NCBI GenBank assembly: GCA_044356455.1
Contig: JBIKWF010000068.1
Coordinates: 1 to 22,402, forward strand
Source of the DNA: Bdellovibrionota bacterium
Lineage (GTDB): Bacteria; Bdellovibrionota_C; UBA2361; JBGSMV01
DNA length: 22,402 nt
Direction of reading: 5' to 3'
Part shown: positions 17,987 through 22,402 of the stretch, one piece after another
Layout of the letters: each line of letters begins with the position of its first letter
Numbering within the stretch: the stretch's first letter is position 1
The notes under the pieces: model-generated
Database searches by the model: none
What the model was told of the DNA's origin: nothing
What the model saw: the letters and a program-made list of their open reading frames with translations, nothing else
Program-made: the position numbers and the translations under genes

Positions 17987-20026
17987 ATGAGAATTCAAAG
18001 CTTTGCAGAAGGAACCTGGGTTGAAGGAAAGGGAACGGGGACGGTGGTGTATCATGCCGTAACGGGTGAGCCTGTCGGGGAAGTTTCAAGCACAGGCCTT
18101 AATTTCAAGTCGATGCTTGATTATGGACGAAGAGTTGGTGGCAAAAACCTGCGCGCGCTCACGTTCCACGAGCGGGCCCTGAAGCTCAAGGCGCTGGCCA
18201 AATACCTCACCGAGCGCAAAGACGAATTTTATAAAGTCTCTGCCGCGACCGGGGCAACAAAACTTGATTCATGGATAGACATTGAGGGCGGGATCGGTAC
18301 TTTTTTTGTGTATGCGAGCAAAGGCAGAAAGGAACTTCCCAATGAAAACTTTCTTGCCGAGGGCGACACAGAGTTGATTTCTAAAAATGGCACCTTTTTG
18401 GGGCGCCACTTGTGCGTACCGCTTGAAGGCGTGGCAACCCATATCAATGCCTTTAATTTCCCTTGCTGGGGAATGCTTGAGAAGCTTGCCCCAACGCTCT
18501 TAGCGGGCATGCCAGCCATAGTTAAACCAGCCTCCCTTACCTGTTACCTAACTGAGAGCATGGTGAAGGCCATCATAGAGTCTGGCATTCTACCCGAGGG
18601 GGCGCTTCAGCTTATATGCGGAAGCACAGGAGACCTTTTTGACCACTTGACCTGCCAAGATGTGGTTACTTTTACGGGTTCTGCGGAGACAGGAAAGAAA
18701 CTACGTGAGCACCCCTCCATTGTGCAGCAGTCAATTCGCTTCAATATGGAGGCGGATTCTCTTAATTGTTCAATTCTAGGCCCGGACGCAAAACCAGGAA
18801 CTGAGGAGTTCGGTTTATTTATTAAGGAAGTTGCGCGTGAAATGACGGTTAAGTCGGGTCAAAAATGTACCGCGATTCGCCGTACCATTGTGCCTGATGA
18901 CATGGTGAAGGATGTGCTTGATGCGCTCAAAAAGCGGCTGGATGGCGTAAAAATCGGAGACCCCGCAGCCGAAGGCGTCACCATGGGACCTCTCGCGGGC
19001 AAAGCTCAGGTGAAAGAAGTTCTGGCGCGTGTGAGTGAGCTCCAGAAAGCGGCAGAAGTAGTTTACGGCGATGTGAAGAATTTCTCTGTCGTAGCTGCCG
19101 ATAAGGAGCGCGGCGCTTTTTGTCCCTCCATGCTGCTTTACTGTGATAAGCCCATGCAGCAGCGCGCGCCGCATGACATCGAGGCTTTTGGACCCGTCAA
19201 TACCGTCATGCCCTATAAATCCATTGATGAAGCGATTGAGCTTGCACGTATGGGGAAGGGCAGTCTCGTGGGGTCGCTCTTTACTGGGGATGATAAAGTT
19301 GCCAGAGAAGTAGTGTTTGGTGTGGCGCCGTATCATGGACGCGTCATGGTGATGAATCGCCATGCGGCCAAAGAATCGACTGGGCATGGCTCGCCCCTTC
19401 CGCACTTGGTTCACGGCGGCCCGGGACGCGCCGGCGGTGGGGAAGAGATGGGAGGCATGCGCTCGGTGCTGCACTATATGCAGCGCACGGCGATACAAGG
19501 ATCTCCCACAACCTTGGGCCATATTTGTAACGATTGGGTTAAGGGCGGAGAGCAGACTCATGACCGTGTGCATCCGTTCCGTAAGTACTTTGAGGAGCTC
19601 GAGATTGGCGAGACTTTGATTACGCATAGGCGCACCGTTACGGAAGCGGATATTGTCAATTTCGCGGGCATCAGTGGCGATCATTTCTATGCCCATGTGG
19701 ACGAAATTGGCGCAAAGGATTCCATCTTTGGACGTAGAGTGGCGCATGGCTACTTTGTCCTTTCTGCTGCTGCAGGGTTGTTCGTCGACCCCGCGCCAGG
19801 TCCCGTGCTTGCGAACTATGGACTTGAGCGGCTTAGATTCATCAAGCCCGTATACGCGGGCGACACTATTCATGTGCGCATTACGGTGAAGCAGAAGACT
19901 TCAAAGGAGACTCCCGAGGGCACGATTCCACAGGGTGTCGTAGCGTGGGACGTTGAGGTCTTTAACCAGGCGAATGAGGGGGTCGCGGTGTACACCATTC
20001 TTACCTTGGTGCGGCGGAAGAATTAG
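17987..20026 (+). CDS. paaZ: Bifunctional oxepin-CoA hydrolase / aldehyde dehydrogenase PaaZ
   Basis: ALDH domain (HINAFNFPCWGMLEK, TFTGSA, MEADSLN, GQKCTAIRR, ESTGHGSPLP) fused to a MaoC hotdog domain (HPFRKYFEEL, GDHFYAH, VAHGYF). AAGGAG RBS before ATG 17987. Confidence 0.96.
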   Translation: MRIQSFAEGTWVEGKGTGTVVYHAVTGEPVGEVSSTGLNFKSMLDYGRRVGGKNLRALTFHERALKLKALAKYLTERKDEFYKVSAATGATKLDSWIDIEGGIGTFFVYASKGRKELPNENFLAEGDTELISKNGTFLGRHLCVPLEGVATHINAFNFPCWGMLEKLAPTLLAGMPAIVKPASLTCYLTESMVKAIIESGILPEGALQLICGSTGDLFDHLTCQDVVTFTGSAETGKKLREHPSIVQQSIRFNMEADSLNCSILGPDAKPGTEEFGLFIKEVAREMTVKSGQKCTAIRRTIVPDDMVKDVLDALKKRLDGVKIGDPAAEGVTMGPLAGKAQVKEVLARVSELQKAAEVVYGDVKNFSVVAADKERGAFCPSMLLYCDKPMQQRAPHDIEAFGPVNTVMPYKSIDEAIELARMGKGSLVGSLFTGDDKVAREVVFGVAPYHGRVMVMNRHAAKESTGHGSPLPHLVHGGPGRAGGGEEMGGMRSVLHYMQRTAIQGSPTTLGHICNDWVKGGEQTHDRVHPFRKYFEELEIGETLITHRRTVTEADIVNFAGISGDHFYAHVDEIGAKDSIFGRRVAHGYFVLSAAAGLFVDPAPGPVLANYGLERLRFIKPVYAGDTIHVRITVKQKTSKETPEGTIPQGVVAWDVEVFNQANEGVAVYTILTLVRRKN

Positions 20027-20042
20027 ACGGCAAATTCCATAA

Positions 20043-20169
20043 GGAATCTCTGAAAAAACTCCAATCTTAATACACCTCTGTGTACCTCCGTGTCCTCTGT
20101 GGTTTTGCAACAATTTAAATCAAACACAGAGGGCACAGAGTTCACAGAGCAGACTTTTTCGGAGGTTCC
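20043..20169. mobile_element. MITE-like element family A, copy 6 (127 bp)
   Basis: TIRs GGAATCTCTGAAAAA and TTTTTCGGAGGTTCC. Flanks ATAA/CTAG. Three CTCTGTG-type units per arm. ATTTAAAT at 20113-20120. Confidence 0.8.
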
Positions 20170-20189
20170 CTAGCAATCCAAGCGTGTTC

Positions 20190-20220
20190 CTTTGTGTCCC
20201 TTGCGTCCTTTGTGGTGAAA
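20190..20220. repeat. Unpaired 9-mer-periodic arm (CTTTGTG variant)
   Basis: CTTTGTGTC CCTTGCGTC CTTTGTGGTGAAA. Shares the TGTGGTGAAA ending of the copy 2 arm. Confidence 0.6.
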
Positions 20221-20242
20221 ACATTCTGCTACTCTATCTCTA

Positions 20243-20418
20243 AGGTAGCGGCCCAGTTCCGGCTTCGCCAGGAGGCGACGGCGAGATAGGCCCCGCGGCA
20301 TTTGTTTCGGCACGCCGGGGCGCGCGTCGCGCCGTCGCCTACTGGCAGAGGCGGAACGGCGCGCCCTACCTAGTCGCGTAGCATTGGAGGGGTAGGGCGC
20401 CGCGTCCCCGCGGTGCCG
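20243..20418. repeat. GC-rich GTAG-type REP/REPIN-like palindromic cluster
   Basis: AGGTAG...CTACCT ends (20243-20371) enclose an imperfect long hairpin that includes a perfect 11-bp stem (20273-20283/20330-20340). It is followed by GGTAG-GGCGCCGCG-TCCC-CGCGGTGCC (20391-20417). Confidence 0.65.
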
Positions 20419-20487
20419 CAAGATCTTCCGTCCGAGCACGTGGCATGAATTTGTTCACCTCGCGCCGAAGGAATCCCAAGCGCTCAA

Positions 20488-21930
20488 TTAAGGCAGCAGC
20501 TCCTGACACTTCTTTTCGTGTAATCTGATGAATGCTTGGCGCACTTCATTCATGTATTCTGCCCTGTAATCGGTGACTTCGCCGTAGGAATTTCCATCTA
20601 TGTACAATGCAAGCTGGGTCTGAGTTTCCTCGAATCGTGAGGTTTCATGAATCACACTAAGTTTGCTTAAAGTCTCCCATAACAATGCGAGAGCCACGTT
20701 TCCGATGTTCTTGTCATCCCAAACAGTACCTCCGCGAGTGCGATTGTGATTGTTGATTGCCTCGTTGAGGGGAAGTCCTGCTTTTGCGAGCCACGCCTTT
20801 GACCCTTTCGGGCACTCGGATAATATCGCGTATAAGATGCGATCGTTTACGTCCTGCGCAGCCTTAATTGCTTCATAGATGGTGCACACCACTGTTTTCT
20901 CATCGAGAATTGGTTCCGATTGATCATCGCCTCGACGGGTAGACGTTTTGGCAGCTCTTAGGGTGCGTGTGAGCGATTTGAGGAGCTTCTTGTGACGCTC
21001 TTCCCTGGTCTTGGCAAGTTCTGCCTGCTCTTCTGCTTTGCGCTTCTGGTCGGCCTCTTGTTTGACTTGCTCGGCATCTCTTTCTCGCTGTGACGCAGCC
21101 TCTGCTTTTTCGGAGTATTCCGCGCCCCTTCGAATTGCCCCAAGCTCATCAATTACCGCGGTGTGCGCAGGTCGTATCGTTTCTAGTAACCCAAGATCCT
21201 TAAGATGCTCCGGTGTTTCTTCGCGATTGAATCGAGCAAAGATTGAACCAATAAGAGTTGGCTTCTGAGCGCGTTCCGCCTTTGAGATTTCAGCAAAGAG
21301 AGGCGCCAGAACTCCCGCGAGAAAATGCATTTGTGTTGCCGAGTTGGAGTCATCCCGCTCTCTTGTTACCAAACTGCCGACAAGGGAGTCTTTTTCTTTT
21401 GCCAAAGTTTTAAGGAGGAGCCGATAGCCTGCGGCAGTTTCTGGTGAAGGAGCTCCGGATTCAGGTGCACCGTCAAGAGTTCGCGAGGCCAAGGCCGCAT
21501 CATACTTTACCAATCGTGCATAGAAGTAGACCGCCCCCAAAAGTGCAAAAGTTGCGGCGTGAAGTGGGACTACTCCTGTTTGTGTTCTTAGCGTGGAGGC
21601 CCAATCTGAAAGGCGCTTTACTTCAGGACTGCAGCGAATCAGAGCTGAGAAAAGTGCGCTCTCTGCCGGGTCTTGTTTGGAGGCGACTCCGAGGGTCGCT
21701 TGAAGTGTGCCCTGCAGGTGGGATGCTTGAGTGGCCGAAAGATCCATTCTTGAAATAAACTCGCCTGCCTTTTCAATGACGAGCTTGATGCTTTCTGGTA
21801 TCGCGACGGCCGAGCGATTAAAATTTTGAGGTGCCCCCGCTTCAGGAGGGGGCAGGGGGGAAGAGCCGGGAGCAGTGCTTTCGGCGAGTGTGGCCTGAGG
21901 TGTTGCGGCGGCACTCTGATCGATATGCAT
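20488..21930 (-). CDS. Hypothetical protein, 480 aa, disordered N-terminus and central coiled coil
   Basis: Long ORF with GAGG upstream and an E/K/Q/A-rich helix (ERDAEQVKQEADQKRKAEEQAE). No family recognised. Confidence 0.75.
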   Translation of the reverse strand: MHIDQSAAATPQATLAESTAPGSSPLPPPEAGAPQNFNRSAVAIPESIKLVIEKAGEFISRMDLSATQASHLQGTLQATLGVASKQDPAESALFSALIRCSPEVKRLSDWASTLRTQTGVVPLHAATFALLGAVYFYARLVKYDAALASRTLDGAPESGAPSPETAAGYRLLLKTLAKEKDSLVGSLVTRERDDSNSATQMHFLAGVLAPLFAEISKAERAQKPTLIGSIFARFNREETPEHLKDLGLLETIRPAHTAVIDELGAIRRGAEYSEKAEAASQRERDAEQVKQEADQKRKAEEQAELAKTREERHKKLLKSLTRTLRAAKTSTRRGDDQSEPILDEKTVVCTIYEAIKAAQDVNDRILYAILSECPKGSKAWLAKAGLPLNEAINNHNRTRGGTVWDDKNIGNVALALLWETLSKLSVIHETSRFEETQTQLALYIDGNSYGEVTDYRAEYMNEVRQAFIRLHEKKCQELLP

Positions 21931-21964
21931 ATTAAAAATTTCCTCGTGTTGCCTCCCGTCCTAG

Positions 21965-22073
21965 GAGTGTGTCCCGTAGAAACATAAATCTTCATTTCGG
22001 ACACAATCCGTAGGTGGGCTGTCCCGCTGCCACCACAACATGTAGTGGTAGAAATTTTCTACGGGACAGACTC
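21965..22073. mobile_element. MITE-like element family B (109 bp)
   Basis: TIRs GAGTGTGTCCCGTAGAAA (21965-21982) and TTTCTACGGGACAGACTC (22056-22073) match 17/18. CTAG on both sides (21961-21964, 22074-22077). Confidence 0.8.
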
Positions 22074-22195
22074 CTAGCCGGCATTGCTCCCAGCCCCAAA
22101 GGGATCCCGTAAGATCTAAAGGTTTGGTTGGCCCTGTGGTTAAGTTTTAGCCACGCTTGCGCAAGGTGGCAGGGAAGTCCCAGCCGTAAAGAAAA

Positions 22196-22402
22196 TCATC
22201 CATGGTTACGAATCTTTTGGTGCAATTGATTGAAACGATTCAGAAACAGAGCCGTCCGCGCACCTAGCCGTGATGTCTCAGTGCGCCGTAACCGGCGCAC
22301 TCGTCTAGCGGATGCAAGTTCCGCGGTGGGAGTTGGTTTTTCGCCCACGTAACTATCTACAACGTATAACGGAGGACCGGAATATGTGAGCTGTAGAGAC
22401 AA
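22196..22402 (-). CDS. Possible 3' end of a gene truncated by the window edge
   Basis: Frame is open from the window edge to TGA at 22196. No recognisable motif. Confidence 0.4.
   Translation of the reverse strand: MSLQLTYSGPPLYVVDSYVGEKPTPTAELASARRVRRLRRTETSRLGARTALFLNRFNQLHQKIRNHG

Noticed and set aside
18815..19873. 352-aa ORF antisense to paaZ, and other shadow ORFs
   Set aside because: They lie fully opposite well-supported genes and have no recognisable motifs.
22150..22301. Palindromes GCCACGCTTGCGCAAGGTGGC (22150-22170) and AGTGCGCCG-TAAC-CGGCGCACT (22280-22301)
   Set aside because: Single short stems without a U-tract or second copy. Function cannot be supported.

Overview
Bacterial chromosomal window. 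A deltaproteobacterial/Bdellovibrionota-like lineage is my impression from the protein style and is not established. The window holds a split phenylacetate-catabolism gene set: the paaH 3' end, paaI, paaJ/pcaF, paaY and a CoA-binding protein at the left, and paaZ about 14.7 kb to the right. Between them lie a large secreted Cys/Pro-rich protein with a near-consensus sigma-54 promoter, a complete chemosensory cluster and rlmC. The chemosensory cluster is cheA (two Hpt domains)-cheR-cheD-cheY-cheX-cheB-second receiver on the minus strand and mcp-cheW-porin on the plus strand, with back-to-back sigma-28-like promoters. An orphan 480-aa gene and a partial ORF close the window. The most striking unannotated signal is non-coding. 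Five intergenic gaps carry six copies of a roughly 95-130 bp MITE-like element: 15-bp terminal inverted repeats (GGAACCTCTGAAAAA type) flanked by TTAG/CTAG, enclosing interchangeable hairpin cassettes built from 9-nt periodic units. There are also free-standing 9-mer hairpin units, a GTAG-type REP/REPIN-like structure, and a second, unrelated CTAG-flanked MITE carrying an NrdR-box-like palindrome. No transposase, rRNA, tRNA or CRISPR array is seen.
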